From: Eubacterium sp.
GTDB lineage: Bacteria > Bacillota > Clostridia > Lachnospirales > Lachnospiraceae
Reading direction: 5' to 3'
NCBI GenBank assembly: GCA_024684035.1
Contig: JAIKXQ010000059.1
Location: 12,232 to 76,231 of the forward strand
Length of the DNA: 64,000 nucleotides
Below the pieces are notes generated by a model. The model saw only the letters and a list, made by a program, of their open reading frames with translations, did no database searches and was not told the DNA's origin. Below, piece after piece: positions 1-8,332 of the stretch. A program made the position numbers and the translations under genes. Every line of letters starts with the position of its first letter. Position 1 is the first letter of the stretch.

Positions 1-106
1 GTGCTGTGCCGTCCATGAGAACGTCATTTTAATGGAGTTATAGAAGAATGATCGAAGGGCGTCAGAGGAATCTGATGCCCTTCGTTGTGCATGAGGGAGG
101 TAAAAA

Positions 107-1207
107 ATGGAAGCTGTAACTGTAAGCAGAAGGAGAGAGGGATTGGAGTTTTCCTACCGTATTCGTTGGGAAAAGGATTTTGACGCACTCGCCGAAAGTA
201 TCAGGGAAGTGGAGGGGCTTCGTCCGAACAAAATCTGCATCGTATCGGACAGCAACGTAGCACCTCTCTATCTGGATGACGTAAAGAAGGCGTTGGAGGG
301 ACTGGGAGTGAAGGTCTTTTCCTGGATTTTTCCGGCAGGTGAGGAGAGTAAAAACCTTGAGACCGTCAACGGTTTGTATCGCTTCCTGATTGAAAATCAC
401 TTTGAGAGAAAAGATCTGCTGGCGGCTCTCGGCGGAGGTGTCTGCGGAGATCTCACCGGTTTTTCCGCTGCAACCTATCTGAGAGGAATCGACTTTATTC
501 AGATCCCCACGACACTGCTTGCACAGGTGGACAGCAGCGTGGGCGGCAAAACGGGTGTTGACTTCGAACAGTACAAGAACATGGTGGGAGCCTTCCATCA
601 GCCCCGCCTGGTATATATGAATATGAGTACGCTGGAGACCCTTCCGGAGGAGCAGTTTATCTCCGGCATGGGTGAGGTGGTAAAAAGCGCTGAGATCCGC
701 AGTGAGGAGCTGATGAGCTGGATTGAGGATCATGTAGAGGAAATCTGCGGCAGGGAAGTGGCGTCAATGGCACATCTGATTCGTGAGTGCTGTCTGATCA
801 AGGCCGGCGTCGTCGAGGAAGACCCTACCGAGAAGGGACTTCGGGCAATTCTGAATTTCGGACACACCCTGGGACATGCTATTGAAAAATGCAGAAATTT
901 CGAACTTCTCCACGGTCAGTGTGTGGGGATCGGAATTGCCGGAGCAGCATGGCTTTCGCTGAAAAAGGGAATGATCTCTGAGGCAGACTATCAGCGTATC
1001 ATCGACCTGAACCTTGCTTTCGGGCTTCCGGTGAAAGTCTCGAACCTGACAGCGGATCAGATTCTTCAGGCCTCCAAGAATGACAAGAAAATGCAGGAGG
1101 GAAAGATCAAATTCATCCTTCTGGAGGGCATCGGAAATGCTGTCATCGATCACTCTCTGACGGACGAAGATCTCCTTCGCGCATCGGAGGAACTGATTGA
1201 GGGCTAA
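107..1207 (+). CDS. aroB: 3-dehydroquinate synthase
   Basis: LGGGVCGDL, IPTTLLAQVDSSVGGKT and LNFGHTLGHAIE motifs; SD GGAGG upstream. Confidence 0.96.
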   Translation: MEAVTVSRRREGLEFSYRIRWEKDFDALAESIREVEGLRPNKICIVSDSNVAPLYLDDVKKALEGLGVKVFSWIFPAGEESKNLETVNGLYRFLIENHFERKDLLAALGGGVCGDLTGFSAATYLRGIDFIQIPTTLLAQVDSSVGGKTGVDFEQYKNMVGAFHQPRLVYMNMSTLETLPEEQFISGMGEVVKSAEIRSEELMSWIEDHVEEICGREVASMAHLIRECCLIKAGVVEEDPTEKGLRAILNFGHTLGHAIEKCRNFELLHGQCVGIGIAGAAWLSLKKGMISEADYQRIIDLNLAFGLPVKVSNLTADQILQASKNDKKMQEGKIKFILLEGIGNAVIDHSLTDEDLLRASEELIEG

Positions 1208-1263
1208 CTGTTTTAAAACAGGCGGACGCAGACATTATTATGACAGAAAAAAGGAGTTTGCAT

Positions 1264-1863
1264 ATGCAGGAGATAAACCGGGAACAGAATACGGAGGAAA
1301 CAGGAGATTCGAAAAAATCGAAAGAAGAACTCCGGGAGGAAACTGTTTTTCATCGGAGAAGCGCAGGCAGCTGGTTGATGATCGCTGTCTCCGTGGCAAT
1401 TCTTGTGGCGCTGGATCAGTTTACCAAGTATCTGGCTGTCACGAAGCTCTCCGGCGAGGATTCGCTGGTTCTCATCGATGGCGTGCTTGATTTTGTCTAT
1501 CTTGAGAATCACGGGGCAGCCTTTAGCATGCTGCAGAATCAGCAGTGGTTTTTCTACATCCTTACGACGGTATTTTTCATTCTGGCCGTTGTGGTTCTGC
1601 ATAGACTTCCGCAGAATGCCAAGTACAGACCCATGACGATTAGTGTTATGGTTCTTCTGTCCGGCGCGGCGGGCAACTTTATCGACAGGGTTGTGAACCG
1701 GTATGTCATTGATTTCATCTACGTGGAACTGATCAACTTCCCGGTGTTTAATGTAGCGGATATTTATGTGACGGTGGGCGTTACGATTCTGATCGTCCTG
1801 ATGATTTTCAAGTATAAGGATGAGGATATGAAGGTGTTATTCAGATCCCGGAAATCCGGCTGA
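1264..1863 (+). CDS. lspA: Signal peptidase II (lipoprotein signal peptidase) with a charged N-terminal extension
   Basis: DQFTK, NHGAAFS, GNFIDR and FPVFNVADI motifs; start moved to ATG 1264 behind AGGAG. Confidence 0.94.
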   Translation: MQEINREQNTEETGDSKKSKEELREETVFHRRSAGSWLMIAVSVAILVALDQFTKYLAVTKLSGEDSLVLIDGVLDFVYLENHGAAFSMLQNQQWFFYILTTVFFILAVVVLHRLPQNAKYRPMTISVMVLLSGAAGNFIDRVVNRYVIDFIYVELINFPVFNVADIYVTVGVTILIVLMIFKYKDEDMKVLFRSRKSG

Positions 1864-1908
1864 TGCTCTGCTTAGATGCGCACTCGCAGATGGAAGATCG
1901 CTTCGCGA

Positions 1909-1997
1909 TTCTGCTCGCGCGCCTTTCGTCCGCAGCGCTCACCGTGAGGAGTGAGGGGATGGGGGAGTCGAAGCCCGCTTGCGGACGGTGTTTGTTC
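1909..1997 (+). repeat. Dispersed GC-rich hairpin repeat, family 2 copy 1
   Basis: Shares GGGGGAGTCGAAG(C/T)CCGCTTGCGGAC with 21663-21688 and TTCTGCTCGCGCGCCTTT.GTCCGC with the reverse complement of 28172-28196. Confidence 0.75.
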
Positions 1998-2023
1998 AAA
2001 AAGGAAAGGATGGAAAGGCTTCC

Positions 2024-2950
2024 ATGGAAAAACTGACATTTACGGTTGAGACGGAGGATGAGGATACCAGAGTCGACGCCTATCTCGCTTCTCAGATCGA
2101 CCGGATGTCCCGCTCCTACATACAGAAAATCCTAAAACAGGGCGGCGTTCTGGTGAACGGGAAGGCGGTAAAACCGAATTACAAAGTCTGTGAAGACGAC
2201 AGGATTGAGATCGAAATCCCTGAGAACGAGGAACTGGATATTGAGGCAGAAGACATTCCGCTCGACATTCTCTACGAGGACGATGACGTTCTCATCGTAA
2301 ATAAACCGAAGGATATGGTGGTACATCCGGCGGCCGGACACTATGAACATACCCTTGTGAACGCACTGCTTTATCACTGCAGAGACAGACTCTCCGGCAT
2401 TAACGGAGTCATGCGGCCGGGCATTGTCCACCGCATCGACAAGGACACCACGGGGGCGCTGGTAATCTGTAAAAACGACACCGCACATCAGTCTCTGGCG
2501 GCACAGCTGGCTGTGCACAGCATTACGAGGCGTTACCGCGCCATCGTTGCCGGTAATTTCAAAGAAGAGACGTTTACCGTAGAAGGAAATATCGGAAGAT
2601 CTTCCAATGACAGAAAGAAGATGGCAGTGGTGAGCCCCGACAAAGGAAAACACGCAGTTACCCATGTAAAAGTCCTGCAGAATCTCAAGGGCTATGCCTA
2701 TGTGGAGTGTGAGCTAGAGACAGGGCGAACCCATCAGATTCGTGTACACATGGCGCATATCGGTCACCCGCTTCTGGGAGACGAAATCTACGGCCCGAAG
2801 AAATGCCCTGTGAAGGGACTTCAGGGACAGACCCTCCACGCCATGGAACTTGGCTTTCAGCATCCCTCCACCAATGAGTATGTGGAATTCACGGCTCCGT
2901 TGCCGGAGTACTTCGAGGAACTGCTTCGAAAACTCGGGGAGAGAATCTGA
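2024..2950 (+). CDS. rluD: RluA-family pseudouridine synthase with S4 domain (RluD-like)
   Basis: GIVHRIDKDTTG catalytic motif, LETGRTHQIRVH; the ORF-track N-terminal extension derives from a repeat element. Confidence 0.9.
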   Translation: MEKLTFTVETEDEDTRVDAYLASQIDRMSRSYIQKILKQGGVLVNGKAVKPNYKVCEDDRIEIEIPENEELDIEAEDIPLDILYEDDDVLIVNKPKDMVVHPAAGHYEHTLVNALLYHCRDRLSGINGVMRPGIVHRIDKDTTGALVICKNDTAHQSLAAQLAVHSITRRYRAIVAGNFKEETFTVEGNIGRSSNDRKKMAVVSPDKGKHAVTHVKVLQNLKGYAYVECELETGRTHQIRVHMAHIGHPLLGDEIYGPKKCPVKGLQGQTLHAMELGFQHPSTNEYVEFTAPLPEYFEELLRKLGERI

Positions 2951-2998
2951 TACAGCTAATTCTGCTGGAAAAAATTACATGGATCACACTTGGAATAG

Positions 2999-3044
2999 AA
3001 TCCTACTCGTTTTTGCTAAGGTGCAAATACGCGTAGGATTTTTT
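2999..3044 (+). terminator. Intrinsic terminator after rluD
   Basis: AATCCTAC...GTAGGATT stem followed by a T tract. Confidence 0.65.
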
Positions 3045-3190
3045 GATTCGAAGAATTAAGGACAAAATAACCAATTTTTGGCGGAAAAGATACGAATAAA
3101 TGTGCACTTTTAAACTTTCCTGTGCTATAATGTATACAGAAAATAACTCTGGCTATTCCTGTCAGGCATGAGATATAGGAGGGAACCTTT

Positions 3191-3844
3191 ATGAAGACGA
3201 TTATCAGTATCGGACGTGAATTTGGCAGTGGAGGTCACCTGATCGGCAAGAAAGTTGCGGATCAGCTCGGCATACCCTTTTATGACAAGGAACTTTTGGA
3301 ACGTGCCGCAAAGGACAGCGGACTCTGCAAAGAGATTTTTGAGAATCAGGATGAGAGACCGACCAACAGCTTCCTGTATTCTCTGGTGATGGATACCTAC
3401 AGCTTCGGTTATTCCTCCAATGTGATGAATGACATGCCCCTGAACCAGAAAGTTTTCCTTGCACAGTTTGAGAGCATCAAGAAGCTTGCTGCAGAGGGCC
3501 CCTGCGTCATCATCGGCAGATGCGCGGACTATGCCCTCGAAGAAGATCCGAACCTTCTGAGCGTCTTTATTCATGCGGACATCGATACGAGAGTACGCAG
3601 AATCGCGAATATCTACGGCTTAAAGGCAAACAAGGCCAGAGACCGCATCAAGAAGAACGACAAGAGCAGATCCAGCTACTACAACTACTACACAAGTAAG
3701 GAGTGGGGATCTGTAGACAGTTATGATCTCTCCATCGACAGCGGCAAGTACGGAATCGACGGAGCTGCAGAACTGATCATCCGGGCCGTGATGATCAAGG
3801 AGAATGGCATCGGCACAAGCATCGTGGATACTAGAGAGGAATAA
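3191..3844 (+). CDS. Cytidylate kinase-like family protein
   Basis: IISIGREFGSGG P-loop variant, VIIGRCADY, YDLSIDS; TGnTATAAT promoter upstream. Confidence 0.85.
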   Translation: MKTIISIGREFGSGGHLIGKKVADQLGIPFYDKELLERAAKDSGLCKEIFENQDERPTNSFLYSLVMDTYSFGYSSNVMNDMPLNQKVFLAQFESIKKLAAEGPCVIIGRCADYALEEDPNLLSVFIHADIDTRVRRIANIYGLKANKARDRIKKNDKSRSSYYNYYTSKEWGSVDSYDLSIDSGKYGIDGAAELIIRAVMIKENGIGTSIVDTREE

Positions 3845-3887
3845 AACCGCCGTGCACGTTAATAATAGTATGAAAAACGAAGGTAAG

Positions 3888-3920
3888 AGCCTCCGCCGAA
3901 TTGATCCGGCGGGGGTTTTT
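3888..3920 (+). terminator. Intrinsic terminator
   Basis: AGCCTCCGCCG-AATTGATC-CGGCGGGGGTT then TTT. Confidence 0.75.
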
Positions 3921-4040
3921 GTGAAAAGGGAGAATCCCTTTGAAGTATCTGTAGATCCGTTCTATAGTTCAGCGAACCAGAGCGTCCTGGAAGAGTCTAT
4001 TCAACAACTGAAGGTGGGAAAATGTAAGAAGCACGACATG
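3921..4040 (+). pseudogene. Remnant C-terminal half of a RelB/DinJ-type antitoxin
   Basis: Translates to ..NPFEVSVDPFYSSANQSVLEESIQQLKVGK..HD, resembling the C-terminus of Firmicute RelB/DinJ proteins; no N-terminal RHH part and no toxin gene. Confidence 0.5.
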
Positions 4041-4387
4041 ACAAAATGTACGCCACAGATTTGTTGCAGAGATGAATTCCCTCGGATAGGATATACAAGT
4101 ACGGCTTTGCTTTTGAAGGGGAACAATGTCTGATCAAAAAGGCTTAAATTAAAATTTTCACGAGCATGTCAGAGAATTCCTTTTTTCATTGATCATTTAC
4201 ACGCACGTTGTTGGCATGGAACGGGATGATTAGGGACGTCGTCGCATCTATTTCCCATTAAAGAAAGAAAAACTGTCACCGGCCTTCAAATTGTGATATG
4301 ATACATGCATTGAGTGTAGGTATATTTTGAGCAATGGTACGAACACAATGCATAATTCATCATACATTTGATCGAGGGGAGATTGCT

Positions 4388-5437
4388 ATGAACGAGAGTA
4401 GAATTCCGGTTTTCCTTAATGCAGATGATCAATATACAGTTCCCACGTATATTACGCTGTATTCGATGCTTTATAATCACCGCGGCGATGAGATGCTGGA
4501 TGTATATCTCTTGACCAAAGGCGATCTGACAGAGAAAAATATTGCCCTGCTGAACTCGTTGGCAGAGAAGTTCCCAAAGCTTAATTTTGAAATCCTTACC
4601 GTGGATAAAAACTATGACCACGTTTCCATCAATATGGAGCATCTTTCCTGTGCGACTTTGTACCGTTTGATGATTCCTCGTATTGCGCTGTCCGTATCGG
4701 ATGAGCCTATAGACAAGTGTATTTATATAGACACAGATCTGATCGTGGAAGGCGATATTGCTTCCCTGTATCACTGCGACGTTGAGGGATACTATCTGGC
4801 CGGAGTGGCGGACGGCATCCGGCTTCTTCCTTACAATGATGACTACAAAAACATCCTTGGGATTCCTGACGTGAACAATTATATCAACGCCGGTGTTTTG
4901 CTGTGGAACCTTAAGGAATTGAATCAGGCGGAAGGGTTAAGGGAATCCCTGGAGGAAGCCGGCTTCAGAAATGACTTCCCCTTTAATGATCAGGATGCGC
5001 TGAATTCGGTGTTGTACGGAAAGATCAAGGAGCTGCCTCCAAAGTTTAATGTGATGCCTTTTTATTTCTGTGACCGGGAGAAGGCGGAAATAGAACGGCT
5101 CTATGGACGAAATGATGTGGCAGAAGCAAGAAAAGATCCGCAGATCGTTCACTATATTAACTTCAAGAAACCCTGGATCTACACCACGACAGCCTTTGCG
5201 GGAAGATGGTGGAAGTATGTGCGGATGCAGGATCGCAGCATCAGGCGGGAGTATATCCGGCCGTTTCTGAATGCACACCGACTGCCGAGACATTCCGTCG
5301 CGAGAGAACGATGCATTACCGTCATGAAGGAGATCGGCATATACTGGACTGCCCGGAGACTTAAGGGCAAAGTGAAAGCGCTAAGGAATGAGACGGGCGC
5401 GCATACAGGTGATCTTACAGTAACGGAGATGGAGTGA
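4388..5437 (+). CDS. Glycosyltransferase family 8 protein
   Basis: YRLMIP, IYIDTDLIV (DxD), YINAGVLLWN, DQDALN, IVHYINFKKPW; start at ATG 4388 behind a G-rich SD. Confidence 0.92.
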   Translation: MNESRIPVFLNADDQYTVPTYITLYSMLYNHRGDEMLDVYLLTKGDLTEKNIALLNSLAEKFPKLNFEILTVDKNYDHVSINMEHLSCATLYRLMIPRIALSVSDEPIDKCIYIDTDLIVEGDIASLYHCDVEGYYLAGVADGIRLLPYNDDYKNILGIPDVNNYINAGVLLWNLKELNQAEGLRESLEEAGFRNDFPFNDQDALNSVLYGKIKELPPKFNVMPFYFCDREKAEIERLYGRNDVAEARKDPQIVHYINFKKPWIYTTTAFAGRWWKYVRMQDRSIRREYIRPFLNAHRLPRHSVARERCITVMKEIGIYWTARRLKGKVKALRNETGAHTGDLTVTEME

Positions 5438-5467
5438 TTTCTCACTTCATCTCCGTCTTATTATGGT

Positions 5468-5493
5468 ATAGGAAATTGTTCCGCAATCCCCAT
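5468..5493 (+). repeat. REP-like 26-bp hairpin core, family 3 copy 1 (outer stem 5461-5500)
   Basis: ATAGGAAATTGTTCCGCAATCCCCAT; near-identical copies at 12158, 50387 and 52312. Confidence 0.75.
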
Positions 5494-5531
5494 ACCATAA
5501 CGCTCCGCGGGATGCGCTGCAGGACTTTGTT

Positions 5532-6599
5532 CTAATCATCTTCCCGCAGGTGCACGGCTTTGGCCGCGGAACGCCGTCTGAGGTCGCTCATGGCCGCATA
5601 ATGGCGTTTTGTCGTGTTGACGTCTTTGTGTCCGAGAACATCAGCCACGAGGTAAATATCGCCCGTCTCGCGGTACAGGGCGGTGCCATAAGTACTTCGG
5701 AGCTTGTGCGGGGTGATTTTCTTCGTGGTGGTGATCCTCGAGGTGTATTTCTTTACGAGATTCTCGACGGATTTCACATTGATTCTCCGTCTCTGGGCGG
5801 AGTAGAAGAGAGCGTGCTCATGCCCCTGCTGTGGAGTGATTGCGGCTCTTTCTGTCTCGATATAGGCCTTCAGGGCGGATTCAACTTCCCCGCCGAAGTA
5901 TACCATCATTTCGTTGCCGCCTTTGCGGAAGACTTTGATTCCGTTGTTCCGGAAGTCCACATCTTCCAGATCCAGACCAACACATTCCGATACACGGATT
6001 CCCGTGCCGAGAAGCAAGGTGATGATGGCTGTGTCCCGCAGTTTGGATTTCTCCCAGTAGGAACGCTGATGCGGACTTAATTCTTCGCCGCAGGATTCGA
6101 TAAAATCAAGCAGATCCGCGACTTCGTCCGCATCCAGACGGATAATTTCCTTCTCGTGAAGCTTTGGCATATCGACCAGAACCGTCGGATTCGTCCGGAT
6201 CATTTCGTGTTTGTAATAGTAAGCATAAAAGACACGAAGGGCTGACATTTTCTGTTTGATGCCTTTCTCCCCGTTAGTGACATATTCTGAGTCTTCGGAG
6301 TTCTTGTAGGCTTTCAGATAGTCCATGTATTCCTCCAGATCCAGTGCGGTAACCTTATCCAGATCATCCAGGGTCAAATCCCGTATGGAACGGTTTTTGT
6401 GGACCGGATTCGATTTGACCAGAAAATCGAAAAAGATCCGGATGGCATAGGCGTATTTGAGCGTCGTATTGGCGGATCTGGTATTGGAACTTGCGCGGAA
6501 GAAATCCCTGGCAAAGGCCGGCATGGTGGCCAGTACCTCACGAAGTCTAAGGGTATTATCAATGTCACGTTGTTCGTGGTAGGTGGTTCGTTTATCCAT
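5532..6599 (-). CDS. Tyrosine recombinase, XerS-like (probable chromosome dimer resolvase)
   Basis: Catalytic R (GIRVSE), K (RKGG), HKLR, LGH and Y (KRHY); 355 aa; N-terminus MPAFARDFF..TTLKYAYAIRIFF resembles streptococcal XerS as I recall it. Confidence 0.9.
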   Translation of the reverse strand: MDKRTTYHEQRDIDNTLRLREVLATMPAFARDFFRASSNTRSANTTLKYAYAIRIFFDFLVKSNPVHKNRSIRDLTLDDLDKVTALDLEEYMDYLKAYKNSEDSEYVTNGEKGIKQKMSALRVFYAYYYKHEMIRTNPTVLVDMPKLHEKEIIRLDADEVADLLDFIESCGEELSPHQRSYWEKSKLRDTAIITLLLGTGIRVSECVGLDLEDVDFRNNGIKVFRKGGNEMMVYFGGEVESALKAYIETERAAITPQQGHEHALFYSAQRRRINVKSVENLVKKYTSRITTTKKITPHKLRSTYGTALYRETGDIYLVADVLGHKDVNTTKRHYAAMSDLRRRSAAKAVHLREDD

Positions 6600-6672
6600 T
6601 TGTTGAGATTGATCTCCATATAAATTTATTCGTGTGAACCGGAAAGAAAGGCGATTCCCGATAATTCTATTA

Positions 6673-6710
6673 TCAACTATTCGAAAAACCTGCGTTTTCC
6701 GAATAGTTGA
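6673..6710. other. Candidate chromosomal dif site (difSL-like), 16-6-16 inverted repeat
   Basis: TCAACTATTCGAAAAA-CCTGCG-TTTTCCGAATAGTTGA, one mismatch between arms; 73 bp upstream of the recombinase start, at the gene-strand switch. Confidence 0.7.
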
Positions 6711-6724
6711 ATCTCACTCTTTAC

Positions 6725-6753
6725 ATTTTATATCAGGATCTCTTCTTCTTCAA
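6725..6753 (-). promoter_or_regulatory. Putative sigma-A promoter of the recombinase gene
   Basis: TTGAAG-N17-TAAAAT on the - strand. Confidence 0.5.
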
Positions 6754-7014
6754 CCGTAAATTTCCGTATACATCGTACTCGAACGGATAAGCTAAAATGC
6801 GTCTATAAAGAATGACGAGGAACCGGCTGGCAATAAGGGATGCCGGCCGGTCCTGCTTTGGGTAAATATAGGTAATTGAGGTACATTAGTATATATTACA
6901 AGAGCTAAGGGGTAACTCATTGTAACAATGAAAAGAGATTAAATTAAGTGATTTAAGTTTAAGGGATATAAATTCAAGCGATATAAATAAATGAATCAAA
7001 TGAGCGATTATAAT

Positions 7015-7446
7015 TCAAGGTTTGTACTCTGTGGAATAATAAGGAACCGTAAGGTATTCGCCAGGAGTCAGGTCATTGCCGGCCAGGTGATTGATTCTGC
7101 GGACTTCTCTGATATAGTCATTGGTGTCCTCGTATTCGCAGCTCATGTATTCCTGAGCGATGGACCAAAGGGTGTCCCCTGACTTTACGGATACAGATGT
7201 ATAGTACTTGTATGTGGGCACATCCATGCGGTCTGCGTTCGCTTTGTGCGCAGTTATGGTGAGAACAGCAGCTGTCGTAAGGATGACACTGATCAGTACC
7301 AGAAGCAGACTACGGATTCGTGCCTCGCGTCTGAGACGGGCAATTCTCTTCTCTCTTCTGCTCCTGGAAGGCCTTGCGGCTACCATAGTTCTTGCTGTAT
7401 AGATAGCACTTCCTGCACGCATTGTCTGTGTTCGCATAGTACTCAT
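7015..7446 (-). CDS. LysM-domain membrane protein, YneA-like SOS cell-division inhibitor
   Basis: Basic N-terminus, one TM helix, C-terminal LysM (VKSGDTLWSIA..IRRIN..LTPGEYLTVP); divergent from lexA; start at 7446 behind GGAGGA. Confidence 0.85.
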   Translation of the reverse strand: MSTMRTQTMRAGSAIYTARTMVAARPSRSRREKRIARLRREARIRSLLLVLISVILTTAAVLTITAHKANADRMDVPTYKYYTSVSVKSGDTLWSIAQEYMSCEYEDTNDYIREVRRINHLAGNDLTPGEYLTVPYYSTEYKP

Positions 7447-7468
7447 ATCCTCCTGAAATAAACAAACA

Positions 7469-7493
7469 GAACGATTGTTCAGAACGCCTGTTC
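7469..7493. promoter_or_regulatory. Two tandem LexA (SOS/Cheo) boxes
   Basis: GAACGATTGTTC (7469-7480) and GAACGCCTGTTC (7482-7493) match GAAC-N4-GTTC. Confidence 0.88.
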
Positions 7494-7506
7494 GACTCAT
7501 GAGACG

Positions 7507-7535
7507 AGTATATTACGAAAACTGTAAGGTGTCAA
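7507..7535 (-). promoter_or_regulatory. Sigma-A promoter of the yneA-like gene
   Basis: TTGACA-N17-TATACT on the - strand. Confidence 0.8.
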
Positions 7536-7543
7536 CAGAAAAA

Positions 7544-7557
7544 CGAAAATTTGTTCG
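7544..7557. promoter_or_regulatory. Degenerate LexA box upstream of the lexA promoter
   Basis: CGAAAATTTGTTCG, one mismatch to GAAC-N4-GTTC. Confidence 0.6.
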
Positions 7558-7653
7558 GAATATGTGTTTGTTTTTTTACATCGTCTGTGCTACAATGATT
7601 AAGAAAAAACAGGACAGAAATAAATTTTTGATATATAAGGGAGTTCATTTGAT

Positions 7654-8328
7654 ATGGCTGAAAAGGGAAGAATTAGTAAGAAACAGCTGGAAATACTGAA
7701 TTATCTCAAGAAAGAAATCCTCCTCAGAGGTTTTCCTCCGTCTGTGCGTGAGATCTGCGAAGCTGTAGGTCTGAAGTCCACCTCTTCTGTTCATGCACAC
7801 TTGGAATCACTTGAGAAGAACGGTTATATCCGCAAGGATGCGACGAAGCCCAGGGCGATCGAGATTCTTGACGATGATTTCCGCGAAGAGAGATTCCGCA
7901 GGATTACACCGGATCCGAGTATTGACACATCGAAACCTTCGGAATTTCAGCAGGTGCCGGTGATCGGTAATGTAGCCGCAGGACAGCCCCTTCTGGCTGT
8001 GGAGGCTGTGGAGTCCTACTTCCCTGTTCCTGTCAGCAAGCTGCCCAACGCACAGACCTTTATGCTCAGAGTACGCGGCGAAAGTATGATCAATGCAGGA
8101 ATTCTCGACGGCGACCTCGTACTTGTCAAACAGCAGGAAACAGCAGCCAATGGCGAGATGGTCGTAGCTCTCATCGATGACTCGGCAACCGTGAAGACCT
8201 TCTACCGTGAGAAGGATCATATTCGTCTCCAGCCGGAAAACGACCATATGGATCCCATCATCGTTACTTCGGATCAGAACTTCAAGATCCTCGGCCTCGT
8301 GATCGGCGTGATGCGTTTCTTCTTGTGA
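7654..8328 (+). CDS. lexA: SOS repressor LexA
   Basis: HTH (GFPPSVREIC..STSSVHAHL..LE), Ala-Gly cleavage site VAAG, catalytic Ser (GESM) and Lys (ATVK). Confidence 0.97.
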   Translation: MAEKGRISKKQLEILNYLKKEILLRGFPPSVREICEAVGLKSTSSVHAHLESLEKNGYIRKDATKPRAIEILDDDFREERFRRITPDPSIDTSKPSEFQQVPVIGNVAAGQPLLAVEAVESYFPVPVSKLPNAQTFMLRVRGESMINAGILDGDLVLVKQQETAANGEMVVALIDDSATVKTFYREKDHIRLQPENDHMDPIIVTSDQNFKILGLVIGVMRFFL

Positions 8329-8332
8329 AGAT

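Noticed and set aside
53-84. Hairpin CGAAGGGCGTCAGA-GGAA-TCTGATGCCCTTCG upstream of aroB as a possible attenuator
   Set aside because: Upstream context is cut by the window edge and no T-box motif is visible; most simply the terminator or a stabilising hairpin of the preceding gene
4085-4147. Short frame RIYKYGFAFEGEQCL resembling part of an AAA_21-type ATPase
   Set aside because: Too short and bounded by stops; similarity could be chance
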